Shown here piece after piece: positions 1 to 12,143 of a stretch of 64,000 bases of DNA (within the stretch, counting starts at the first letter, position 1; every line of letters starts with the position of its first letter). Position numbers and translations under genes: made by a program. The notes beneath the pieces were generated by a model. That model was not told where the DNA came from. It made no database searches and saw only the letters and a list, made by a program, of their open reading frames with translations. This DNA comes from Selaginella moellendorffii (Eukaryota > Plantae > Lycopodiophyta): the NCBI RefSeq assembly GCF_000143415.4, contig NW_003314328.1, positions 1 through 64,000 on the forward strand, read 5' to 3'.

Positions 1-3000
1 CTTTATCCCAGGGCCTACAGTACGCAAGTGCCGCAGAAACTTCCAAAAAGGGACTTGAACTTCAAATGCCACAGGTTTGCTTTACATTACAAGTTAGATG
101 TTTTAATAGTTTTGCTTTTTATTTTAGAGGAAGCGCCGAGGCCAACCTCAATGGTCTCGATCTCCAGGAAAAGGCAGCCGCCTTGATCGCTGTGGGCTTG
201 GCCGATTGAGTGGAGATTCATCTCAAGTATCTAATGAAGTTTCGGCTAGTCATGCTGGAGGCAACGATGAGTATAACAATGACGTGGATGTTGAGATGAA
301 CACTCAAATCGATGTTGGTGTTATTGAGGCTGTTGGTACTGGTGTTCCTGAGGCTGCGGGTACTGGTGGTGGGGTACTTGCATATGATGTTGGCGGTGGT
401 GGGGGTGCTATGCCTTCGGTTGCTGAGGCTGCTCGCGGCCAGGTCAATGAACCAGTTGAGGACGTTATTGGTAGCGTTGTAGGTGGATCTACTACAGAGG
501 CTACTGGGGGCATGGTAGCTGCTCCTACTGCTCCTCAGGCTGGTGGTGCAGGGGGAGCTAATGGTGGTGAGGGATTATGCATGCATGATTCTGACACCAT
601 CTTGAATGATCGTGTTCGGGACACAATTATCCAAGCTCAAGAACGAACAGTCAGTAAAGTGTTACAGGAAATGGCGTGGAATGGCCCTCATCGATTTCTA
701 GTTCCTTTGTGCCGATTGGTTCAAAGCCATTGGGTGCGCTCAGCTTACGACCTCAACATGGCTATCTACAGCTCCTTTGCCGAGGTCGGGTTTGGGAGCA
801 CAGCTGGTACCTTCATCGTTTCACCAACTTTCCCTGGAACCGGCCGGACAGAGTCAGTGACTACTGAACTTGAGGAAAAATGGGATCCTATATGGCTGCG
901 AAAGTCTCGTGAGTTTGATGGATTCTTAGGACAACATGTGGAGACAGCAGGGTTCATTGGAAAGCTCTTTTGGGTGATCGATGGAAACCATAGGTGGCTG
1001 GCATTTTGGAAGTGCATTCAAGAGAAGTTCCGAGATGACGAAGAACGACACATTAGTGTTCCAGTCACACTTGTCGAACCAATGACTCGGGAGCACACTG
1101 TGAAGCTCAACATGGCATGCCATAAGATCAACATGTAAGAATTTATTTTTTGTAAACTTAGCTAATATCGTGTTTCTGCAGGCTAAACCAATTTGCGTTT
1201 CAAGCTCATACATTGGTACATGACATTGAGCACCTTCGGTTTATGGGCATGCTCTCGCTAGAGGAGGTCCAAACGTTGTACAATCGTGAGGTATTTGAAG
1301 CAATTCGAGTGAAGCTAGCAGCTAGGAAAGGCCAAGAATTGCAGACTTGGTACCAACTGCCACTTGATTTTCTAGTTGCTGTCTGGGCGAAGGTAAATTA
1401 TTATTGAAGTATGTATCAACTTACATAATGTTTCTTGCAGCCCATAATCAAAGGAGAAAGAGTGTCATTCTTTAAAAATGCCCGAGGGGACGAGCAGCAG
1501 AAGGAGATGGAGTGGCATGCGATTGAGCAGCGAATTTTGAATACGAAGAGAACAAAGGTGAAAAAGTTGCTCTCGATTGCAGACATACGACGCGGGCAGG
1601 AATGGCTTGATAGCATTGCCGAGATTTGTTCTCGCGTTCGTAAGTTCTTATAAAATTTGTGAGACATTTCATAACTCTTTGTGTGTGTAGGAACTGGTAA
1701 AGCACCGGAGGAACTCATTTACAACATCTCTAAGAGTAAAATGTCCTTTGCTGAACAAAGTGTCTGCTTGGAACTTCTNNNNNNNNNNNNNNNNNNNNNN
1801 NNNNNNNNNNNNNNNNNNNNNNNNNNNNNNNNNNNNNNNNNNNNNNNNNNNNNNNNNNNNNNNNNNNNNNNNNNNNNNNNNNNNNNNNNNNNNNNNNNNN
1901 NNNNNNNNNNNNNNNGCACCCGCACAGGTATCACTCTCAAAGAATATATTCGTGCTTGTCTTGCGGAGCTAGGGAATAGTTGGCTTCCACGTGGTGGGAC
2001 GAGTTCGGCTGAGTTCAAGAACCAACCAGGACAACCATTTCTTGCGAGGCGCATGGTTTACAGGTATTTTTTCAATTCTCATTTATATATTGGTATTTAT
2101 ATTTTTGTTTTACTTTGTAGATATTTAAAATATAGCCCCGGCGCACCGGTATACACAACCGGTGTTTTGCAGAAGCTCCTGACTAGAGGCAAGAAGCTTG
2201 GGATGTATGAGCCAGAGTTCTACTGTCCTTGTACACATGAGAGGGAGCTATGCCCGTGGTACCTTGAACTCGTGGAGCAGATGCCAACATCGGACTTCGA
2301 GCTAGATCTCTACCTTGAATGTCATCCAGGTTCACTTGAAACTCAGCACTTAGCTAGGAAATATTAACCTTGAGTTATATTTTTATTTTCCAGAGGCTCT
2401 TTCTGACTGTGATAACGACATTATTGAAGTTCAACAACTAAACCTAGAAGTCAGCACTCAGGAAACCATTCAGGAGATGGCAAATCCAAATACCGTTGAA
2501 CCAGAGGAAATTGTACAGGAAATTCCAGCACAAGAGATTCCAGTACCTGCTCCTCGCAACCCCCGAAGGGGCCGTCATGAAACCTTTCATGAGAGTAAGG
2601 ACTTTGATTTGGAACATTCTTTTATTCATTCTTGACTTCACTTTTTTTTTTATAGATGTTGCAGAGAGCAGCCATCAGTCTTTTCGGCGGACTAAGACAT
2701 TCTTCCCATCCCTCCCTACGGCTACAGATGACGACCTAGAAGAGCTCTCCTCTGCAGCGATGCATAAACAGGTTAGTAAGCATGAATTTTATCTTCAACT
2801 TTTAGTTCTAATAATTGATTTTCAGGTTCGCCCTCTATCCCCAATGGCCAGTGTTGGGGAAGTTGCTATTCTCATTGGGGATTACACACAGCTTTTAGAT
2901 GCTACTAGTCAGGAGCTCTACATGCTTGATCGGTGGATCCATGGTTTGGGTCAGCTCACACCTTATGGGAAGATCGATTTCATCTTTTTTGATCTTCCCG

Positions 3001-3922
3001 ATGGGATGGCACCACCGCAGGGGGATACTCCGTCATGGAATGTGTTGCAGGCCCAACACATTTCCCAAGCCTTAAAGGTTGCGAGCAGCTTCATGACATA
3101 CAAGGGTGTGGTTGTCATGATCCTTCCTCGCTCTCTAATGTGGGAAGGCCTTCTCGCACACTTGGCTGACAACGATGATGGATTTGTTGAGTTTCATCTG
3201 GCTGCCTTCTTTCGAGTATGGCGGTGGACACAAAAGGCACTAGCAGGCAGACGCGAAAGGTGTGTGACTTCTTTATTTATAAATTAACTCTATTCTATTT
3301 TTTTTTCCAGATTTATTCCTGGAACTACCATGCTCTATGCCACATTGGGAACCGGCGTAATGCCACACGAGCTGACGAGCGTGCTGCTCTTGCTTTACCA
3401 GGATATGACAGCTCTACAGACATCATCCCAAATGTGATTGACTCGGACGTTCTTCACCCAGCGTTCCCTGGTTATCGACATCATTCGGTCACGGCTATGC
3501 AAATCTTGTTGGAGTTATTTTGTCCGCCAAAGGGGATTGTGCTTGATGCTACAGCAAGATTTGGATCAATGGTGCAGGCAGCAAAAGAGACAGGCCGAGC
3601 AGTTTTTGCACTTGAGAAGGAGGGTGCCTTTGAGGACATTCTTAGGAGATTTTGCGACAGGTGATGTTAGTGCTTGAAATAATCTATAATATTTATTCTC
3701 AAATGTTTCTATTTTATTAGGTCTAAACTTATCACACACAGTGTTTCAGTCCACACGCTTGATCTTGATGATATGGATGATCATATGGACCAAAGTCAAT
3801 TCCACTTACCTATTTATGCTGAACGTATGGCACAACATTACATACAACATGAGCCTATAGTGAAGGAGCATTCCACTATACCCATTTCTACTTTTCTGGA
3901 TATGGAAGCAAAAGAAGATTGA
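1..3922 (+). CDS. Multi-exon gene, 5' end outside window: ParB/Srx-like domain plus C-terminal beta-class N6-adenine/N4-cytosine DNA methyltransferase-like domain
   Basis: Same-strand ORF segments separated by short GT-AG introns. FWVIDGNHRWLA (~970-1003) is a ParB-type IDGxHR motif. KIDFIFFDLPDG (~2970-3005) matches the motif IV position (DPPY-like). LLELFCPPKGIVLDATARFGSMVQAAKETGRAVFALEKE (~3505-3622) matches the motif X/I-II pattern of N6_N4_Mtase. Last exon ends FLDMEAKED* at 3922. Interrupted by an N gap. Confidence 0.7.
1779..1915. other. Assembly gap (N run)
   Basis: Run of n characters. Confidence 1.
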
Positions 3923-4259
3923 ATATATTCTGATTTTAATATAAATTATATTGTTTAATATATTATTTTCTTTTTTTGTAGACTAAAAGATTAGTTCATG
4001 TCGAACCAATAATCTACATGAGCTTATGGAATACCTTAAACACCTAGATTTTATGTTAAAAATTCTTGGTTCGGGACGAACTAAGGTAGTGCCATTAAAC
4101 TTTCGCTAGTTAGGGGATTGTATTGACTTCCTTTGACTTTCGTTGACTTTCATTGACTTGAGCTCAGCTCAAAAACTACCCAGCCCCGGGTTAAGTGACT
4201 AAAGTAAAATGGAAAAATTAGTCGCTTACAAGGGGTTCCTTAGTCATTGAAAATGACTG

Positions 4260-4630
4260 TATCGGGTGTTGTAGCAAGTTGAATCACAAGTTTATGAGGT
4301 TTAGCATGACATATAATAGGTTGATCCTCCAAAAATTGTATATATGCAATAGCTAAAATGCTTTGTACAAAGGGATTAGGAACAATTGGCACCATCTACA
4401 GATCTATCAATGCCTCCTCCTAATGTTCCTCTAGATCCTAGCCTATCCACAAGAGAACCTTAATACTCTTCCATCATTTTGAGAGGAGGGGATGATATGA
4501 AGTTCAAATGTATGGCTACAATACCATATATTAATATTAGCGTAGTGGCCATCAAATTGATTTCAATATAAGCTAGGGCTTTTAGGTTATATATTTTCTA
4601 TATTCTCTTTCCATATTCCATGCATTCACA
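4260..4630 (+). mobile_element. Degenerate 3' fragment (integrase tail, PPT, 3' LTR) of the same Ty3/gypsy family as 7102-10012
   Basis: Colinear with 9602-10012. Same PPT gagaggaggggatga at 4481-4495, then a diverged LTR ending ccatattccatgcattcaca. Confidence 0.85.
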
Positions 4631-5112
4631 TTTCTAAATGAATTTTGGTTTTGTATGAATTTTTCTCAAGATGAAATCTTTTAGAAGCTAATCTACAACC
4701 AATATTATAAAGCACTAAAAATCACTAATAATCTTAAACATATAATAATATTTTAGTCTGTTTCTGTAAGTGTTATATCTAAAGCTCAATTTAGCATTGA
4801 GCTGATTCAAATATAATAAAAAGATATTGGAATATATTTATGTAGAAATATAGATTAATATTCGAGGATTGATGCACATGATGTAGTTGCATTTCTCATG
4901 CTCAATAGCTTGCTCGTTATAAAGGACATACAAGACTATTGGTAAGTTTGTGTGAGAATTCTTTTACCTTGTTTTCAATCAAGCTCTGGAATTTTTGAGG
5001 GCTGTATACTTGGAAAGGCGGACCTAGGCTTGGGCCATCCAGCAGACTTTCCATAGAATAATACATATACTCAGTAATTCTATCCTATAAAAACCATGTA
5101 ACTGTACCAGAC

Positions 5113-6970
5113 TTACTCGTCCAAATTTGCAAACATTTTCTGCAGCCGATCCGTGCAGGAGGTCATTGTCGGTCTAGCCTTAGGCTGCTCCTCTAGGCAG
5201 TCATCTCGAAGTTCTTCCAGCTCTTGGGTCAGAGTCACCTTGGACGTATGGATTAGCCAGCCTACACCCCACACGTCGACTGCAGTATCGTGAGGGCCCA
5301 GAGGAATCTCCGGTGCATGACAGGCACCAGAAAGCGTCGCTGCAGCACATGGAGCTGGAGAAGTGCAGGACTCATCCCAGTCAAAGAGTACCCACTGGTT
5401 GGAAGCGAGATCCAGTCCAATGTTCCTCCAGCTCACGTCCCTGTGTATCACACGCCGCTCAACTTCGTAGACTTCCAATAACATGCTGTAACACTTCTAG
5501 TATAATGCAAATCCTCTCAAAGAATTGTCTTTTAATATTAATACAATGGGCATAACACAGCGCATTGAAGACGTGAAGCAAGGCCCTTAACAGCTCGGGA
5601 ACGGGCGTGGCTCGCTGGTTCGTATCGAGCCACGGCGTGAACGTCAAAGTGTACAACCGATCGTCAGGATCACCGTTTCGTTTCCTCTTTCGGGGACAGG
5701 CCTCTGTATGACACTTCTCTGCATTTGGGCAGCCCTGGATGCGTGAGTACGCGTTCCACACCTTCTTTGCCTTCTCCAGGTTCATATATCCCTTGACCCG
5801 AAAGAACCACGGACTTGCCACCCTTCTCAAGATCCACTTCCTGCACCGTGAACGTATCAGAAATCTCGTTTCTCCTCGAGCATAGATCACAAAGGCCCAC
5901 CAGAACCCTCCCCAAGTTGAAAAGTATCAGCTGGGACTGCACCCTGTCAGTCATGCTGCTCAGATCCACCGTGACCAAATCTTGGCACTGCACCTTGCCC
6001 CCACCATGGTAGAGTGCACCGAATGTCACGTTGGGACCCCTTGCATGGTAGCCAAGCAGATAGGGCACGTCCTTGTACACCCAGACCAGCTTGTCCATGA
6101 GCTCCTGCTTTGGATTCCCTGGCCCCCGAACTGCCTTTTCTTCACCCCGGAACAAAGAATAAAGAGCACCCACATATCCAACGTAGTCAGGAAGTTGAGA
6201 CAGTGTCCGCGTCTCGCAGTTTGTGTTCCTGTCGAACGTCAACGACACAGAAGTCTGCAGGTACCCCTTGATTGATTCATGTATAAGCATGTTCCAAAAC
6301 GGAATGTAAGAAAATTCGGTAGTGCCTATAGAACGGCGTTAGCAACCTGAGGTTGAAGAGAAAGATGAAACGCACCAACTTCGGGAGGCTTGATGACGCT
6401 AAGAGCCAGAAGACTTTCGAGGTCAAAGCAATACGAATTTGGGGTGCTTGCCGAACATCCCAGCTAAATCATGGGACTTTAGAGTCGCATACCTTGCGGG
6501 GCTCAGCGGAAAACATAATCCCGTCGGTTTCGATACCAGGAATTCCTTGAGCGATGCAAGATCAGGAACAGCCGGGGTGCGTACTCCCTGAGTATGTGGC
6601 GTGTGGCATCATAAACAACGCCTGTCAGAAAAGACTCAGATCGTGCGCAAACGAAAGAGGGCATACCTTCAGCCAATGTCACTCGAGCTTGCATGACGCG
6701 GTGGAAAAGAGCTTCGGTCGTGAGAAGAGCGGCATCGAGCAACGGCTGGAGGGTAGCATTACCCAAAGCTTTCTTGCTGATTCGAACAAGCGATTCCCTC
6801 GCCCACGGCAGGAGAGATTCAGCCTGGGTAGAGCTCGGAGATTCGACAGCAACTTGGAGTACCCTCTGAGCACCCAGGTACGAGCGAGGATCATCCAGAA
6901 ACCCCTCGGCAGCGTCCACCACTCGATCGTCAAGCGTAACCATAGCAGCAGAATTTAGGGCCCTAAACAC
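5113..6970 (-). pseudogene. Crinkler (CRN)-like effector gene: REase-fold domain plus protein kinase domain, disrupted
   Basis: PDY..FRGEEK..ELMDKLVWVYKDVPYLLGY matches the CRN REase pattern. VIHRDVSWRNI, LFDWD, HAPEI, DVWGVG are kinase subdomains. Frame change near 5800 and an ~85-bp out-of-frame AT-rich insert at ~5461-5546. Confidence 0.7.
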
Positions 6971-7101
6971 AGTTCCAAATAGAAGTTTAATATTTCTATA
7001 TTTTCCGTATATGGTTTTTAAAAATTTATTTTATAAATAATTTATAAATAAATAGGCATATTTATTTGAAAAAACAGTAATAGTAGTTTAATATTTAATA
7101 T

Positions 7102-7268
7102 TGTGAAGGCCAAGTGTATGGCATATACTAATATTAGCATAGTGGGATTTTGGTAACTATCGAATTGGTTTCAATCCGGACCACTTGCTCTTGTATATAA
7201 GCTAAAGTTTTTGGGCTAATTGATATACACATTTTCTACATTCCCTTTCCATATTCCAAACACTCACA
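7102..7268 (+). repeat. 5' LTR
   Basis: tgtgaaggccaagtgta...ccaaacactcaca, direct repeat of 9837-10012. Confidence 0.9.
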
Positions 7269-9836
7269 TTGGTGGAAGTGAGGGACAATCAAAGGGTGGA
7301 AGTGAGGGACATCTTTGATTGTCCCTAGGGAGTGCTTGGATTTGAGATTTCGATTTAGATCTAGCTTTTTGCATTGTCTAAATCTAACTTTTTCCATTTC
7401 CTTTCTTTTGTTCTTTCTTTTCAGGATTTTGGTTTAGATCTAGCTTTTTGCATTGTCTAGATCTACCATTTCCTTCTAGCTTTTTGTCATTTCTCTTCTT
7501 TTGCTCTTTCTTTATTTGTCTTCATGGCAGATCAGCAATCTCCTCCTTTGACTCTGGAGAAGCAGTTGGTACAATTGCTTGATGCTATATGCTTGCAATT
7601 GACCAACCAAACTCAATTGATGGTGGCGTTCACGACACGTGGTACAACTCCTCCTGCTCTTGGTGCCAATCCTCGCGTTCGGCCGGAGTTCTTTCGCGGG
7701 AATCCTGGGGATGATGTGTACCATTGATTCGATCACTTCACGGTGATTGCCACATATCATTCTTGGGATGATGCTCGACGTTTGCGTGAGTTTCCCACGT
7801 GTCTTCAAGGGACGGCGTTGCAGTGGTACAATGGGTTGAGCGCAGCCACTCGTGGGGATTGGAGTGTTCTTCCAGACGTCTTTAAATGTGCCTTCGGACA
7901 TGCTGACGACTGTGATGATGCCTTCCAACAATTGCATCGTCTTTGCCTTGCACGTAGATGCTTCTAATATTGGTCTTGGAGGTGTGTTAATGCAAAAAAG
8001 CCCAAGTGTGCCTGATCAACGTCATCCCATTGCATATATAAGCCGTACGTTACAACTAGCAGAGGTGAATTACTCCACGACAGATAAGGAGTGTTTAGCG
8101 GCAATTTGGGGTTTCGAGAAACTTCATGCATATCTACATAGTTCTCGGACGTTACTTGAAGGTAACCATGCTGCCATTACTTCATTATTGAAGTGGAAGA
8201 ACCTGGTTGGTCGTACTGCTCGGTGGGCTTTGAAGCTTCAGATTTATGATTTTGATATTGTTCATCACCCAGGGAGTTCTATGGCTGATGTTGATACTCT
8301 TTCTCGAGTTCCTCTTTCTTCTCCACTCTCTTCTCATATTTTTGATGAGCCTGTTGTTCCAGCATTTGTGGATTTTCTAGACGAGGATTCTATGCTGTCG
8401 GCGGTTGCTATATTTGATGTTCAGTGCCCACAAGGCGTAGAGCAAGATCTACCTTCTCTTGATGAGGTCCACGAGGCTCAAAAGATTGAGCCATGGATTC
8501 GAAAGCTTCAAGATGCGTTTGAGAATCCTGCATCACTTGCTGATGACTTGCCTTTCTGGCATTTACATTCTCAATATCGCCTTGAAAATGGCCTTCTTTA
8601 TTTTGTGGGGATAGATCCTAATGATCATTTATAGCTGGTGGTGCCTTCTGTCTTTATTCTGCAGTTTCTCCATGCCTACCATGATTCTCCTGTTCTATGT
8701 GGGATATCGTCGTGTGACCGAAAAGTTGCGCAAGTCTTTCTATTGGCCGGAGATGCGATGTGATATTATCCAGTATGTGTGTAGCTGTGTTTGGTGCCAA
8801 GCTCGTAATACTCCCCCTCGTGCTGCGGAAGGACGGTTGGAGTCAATTGTAATTTCCCGTCCGTTTGAGTTGGTGGTGTTTGATCTTATGGGACCTTTTC
8901 CACAGTCGACTGCTAGCAATGAGTATGTTATTATTGCTTCTAACTACTTGACTCATTCGGTGGAAGTTGGTGCTCTTGCTAGCGCCTTTGCAACTGCTGT
9001 TGGATACTTCCTCCTCAATCAAGTGGTGTTCCAGCATTCTTATCCAAAGCGGATTCTTTCGGATAATGGTCCCGCATTTATGGCTGAGGCATTTTATGTT
9101 TTGACGTCTTGGTTGGGGATACGCCACATTTTCACAAGTGCTTATCATCCACAATCAAACGGTCTAGTGGAATGGCTTGTTCGAACATTCAAAAGGATGA
9201 TTGCAAAGTATGTGAACTTTCAGCATTCAGATTGGGATGGTTATTTACCATCTCTTCGGTATGCATATGTCACAGGGGTGCAGAGTTTTGTTGGTGCTTC
9301 ACCATATAAACTCCTATATGGTCATGATCCAATATTACCAACGGAGCTGGGTTTACCTTCGCAATTGCTACAAGCTCCCGATGCTAGGTCATGGGATCAA
9401 TATTTGATAAGCATTCTTCCACTTATCCGAGCAAAATTTGCCGAACACTTAGGCCGTGTACAAGTGGGACAACAACAGCACTACAACTCCTATCATCTTC
9501 CACCTGCAAAGTACAAAGTGGATGATTTGGTGTTAGTCTATTTTTCCCATCTTACAGTATGTGGTTTATCTAAGGGGCTCCTTGTGCAGTGGAAAGGACC
9601 ATATCAGGTGTTGTGACAAGTTGGACCACAAGTTTATAAGGTTTGGCATGACGTCCAGTAGACCGATCCTCCAAAGATTGTGCATGTGCAGCGGTTGAAA
9701 TGCTTCATACAAAGAGATCAAGAGCAATTAATACCATCTACAGATCCACCAATGCTTCCTTCTAATGTCCCTTTAGATCCCGGCCCGTCTACAAGAGAAT
9801 TTGACGGCCTTCCATTATTCCGAGAGGAGGGGATGA

Positions 9837-10012
9837 TGTGAAGGCCAAGTGTACAACTATGATGCCATATACTAATATTAGTGTAGTGGGATTTTGGTAG
9901 CTATCATATTGGTTTCAATCCGGACCATTTGCTCCTGTATATAAACTAGGGATTTTGGGCTAATTGATATGCACATTTTCTATATTCCCTTTCCATATTC
10001 CAAGCACTCCCA
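9837..10012 (+). repeat. 3' LTR
   Basis: Follows the polypurine tract; tgtgaaggccaagtgta...ccaagcactccca. Confidence 0.9.
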
Positions 10013-10054
10013 ATATCGATTACCAAAAATAAGAATGAAAATTTAAAATAATTC

Positions 10055-10056
<2 letters not shown>

Positions 10057-10107
<51 letters not shown>

Positions 10108-10150
10108 TAGATAGATATATAGATAGATAGATAGATAGATAGATATATAT
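10057..10150. repeat. (TA)n/(GATA)n microsatellite
   Basis: Directly visible. Confidence 0.98.
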
Positions 10151-12143
10151 GAATCAAATATAAATAAAACATTTAAATAATTCATTAAAAATTATCTTTA
10201 TAGTAAAAGAGGATGATATTTAAATTTTTTTATCTTATTTTAATTTTTAGTATATTTTTAAGGTCATGTATATTTTAAAAAATGATACACACTAAATAAA
10301 TAACACATTTATATTAAATGAAAATAATTGGTATTTGAATATACCATTTTGGTTTGCAATAGATGGAAGTGTTTTAGAATATTCTAAATATATTATCTTT
10401 TAAACCACCAATTTTGGAAGAAACATTGCAACATTTTCACTAGTGAGCAATAAGTAGCATCCTTGACAATTCAACAAGTTAAGTTAATCATCTATTGTGG
10501 TACATAATGTAATTAGGAGATAGGTGAGATTGATTTCTTTCACATGCATTTTAGTGCTTTAGATTGTGATCTCTCAATCCATATTTCTCTTGTGCTCAAG
10601 TGTGGCTTTTATACAAGAGTGATAGAATATTTTAGGATTATAATATTTTTAAAGATTTTTCATCTCATTTCTTTAGTTAAACAGTAGAATTAGGGAGTTA
10701 TTATGATAAGTGAGGATAGAGTTTATGTGTGGGGATATTATGTTATTATGTATATACCTCCATGCATTATGCTTTTGTAGTTTTTTTTTCCTAGGGAAAG
10801 ATTCATACTCAATTGGATTGGGAGGTCCTAGGAATTTTCAAACACATCTTAGCATAGTACCCTCAAGATTAGGGACCACATTGTCCTCCTTTCTCCTGAC
10901 ACAACAAGCATCCATGTATAGGGATTTCCATGCAACCTACAAGTTGTAGAGCTAGCAATGCAAACAAAGGATGGGGAATGTTGGAGCATGAGCTCCAACA
11001 TGGCTCTGTCATCATGCTCAGGGAGATCCAACAGCCATGGAACGATCCAGGAAGCAAAAAGCCATGGGTTTTAGAGAGGTAGAGCTAGAGGGTCTGAGAG
11101 GGAGACAGATTTCCTGTCATGGACATGAGAGTACTTGGATGCAAAGGAAGATCATGTCATGGAGGGAGTGTTAGAGATATATGCTCTCCATGACATGAGA
11201 GTCTACGTGGCATGAGTTGCCACATCACTGATCCAGGTGTACGATAATCAGACTATATATGCATTATAATATATCAGAGTGAAAGTCATTCACAAAGTGT
11301 TTTGTTTCCGTTCTTCTTTCATAAGAGCCTATAAGAACCGAGGCCGGTCTTAGGTAATTCTCGCTTTGCTTTCCGTTTTGCTCTGACTTATCTAATGCTA
11401 TCATGTTTCAGAGGATTTTCTAATATACATTCTAGTGACGGCGACTTCTGGCTAAACGATGAGGGGCATAATTCTTATAGATGAAATGGAAGTAAGGGTT
11501 TTCATGGTTTGAGGATGACACGTTTTGTAAGAACAGAATGGAACACGAAGATATCTTCTAGGCAGCGTTAAGTTGCGGCAAGGCTCAAAAATTCACGCCC
11601 TGTCGATTGGAATCCATTCGTTTGGGTGAAATCGAAATACAAGTACTCGATCTTGGAGTTTCGCACTCATCAAGAAGGGTCGAGTTGACGCAAGTTCTTA
11701 TCAAAGGTACAGTTTTAATTTTTTTAGAAAGATGGAGAACAAATGTCCAAGAGAACTCATTCAACAAATGTCCACAGAGGAAATGCTAGTTGCCAAATAA
11801 CGGGGAGTTCTCTGTAGGCGTGCTACACTTGAACGATAAGGTAGACTCTCGCTTCATATGTTTATGTCGTTCAATGTTGGTTGGATCCTTACAAACAGGT
11901 TCAAAACGTGTAGATTTTTCTGAGGTGACTGAATTCGTTCAAGGCATGCTGCGAATATTGATAAGCAACCATGTCTTAACTTGGAATGAAGATCTTCAGG
12001 TATCTTTTCATTATGTTCTGTCTGAACCTTTCTAATGTGTTCTTATAAAGGAGGCGATGAGGTTGCGTATAAGGAGGAGAGGAGGTGGTAATCGAGAATT
12101 CATCGGAATAAAGACATGAAAGTGGGCATCCATGTAAGTGGTA

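Larger units (their letters stand above)
7102..10012 (+). mobile_element. Non-autonomous Ty3/gypsy LTR retrotransposon (gag fragment, RNase H, integrase; protease and RT deleted)
   Basis: TG...CA LTRs at 7102-7268 and 9837-10012. ATAT on both flanks. PBS-like TGGTGGAAGTGAGG after the 5' LTR, PPT before the 3' LTR. Gag-like LQGTALQWY, RNase H VDAS...AYISR..NYSTTDKECLA, integrase CVWCQ / SDNG / HPQSNGLVE and GPY. Confidence 0.95.

Noticed and set aside
9946-10185. IY-repeat ORF
   Set aside because: Microsatellite translation
10420-11227. Possible solo LTR on the minus strand beginning TGATGTGGCA
   Set aside because: Could not find the other end or a TSD
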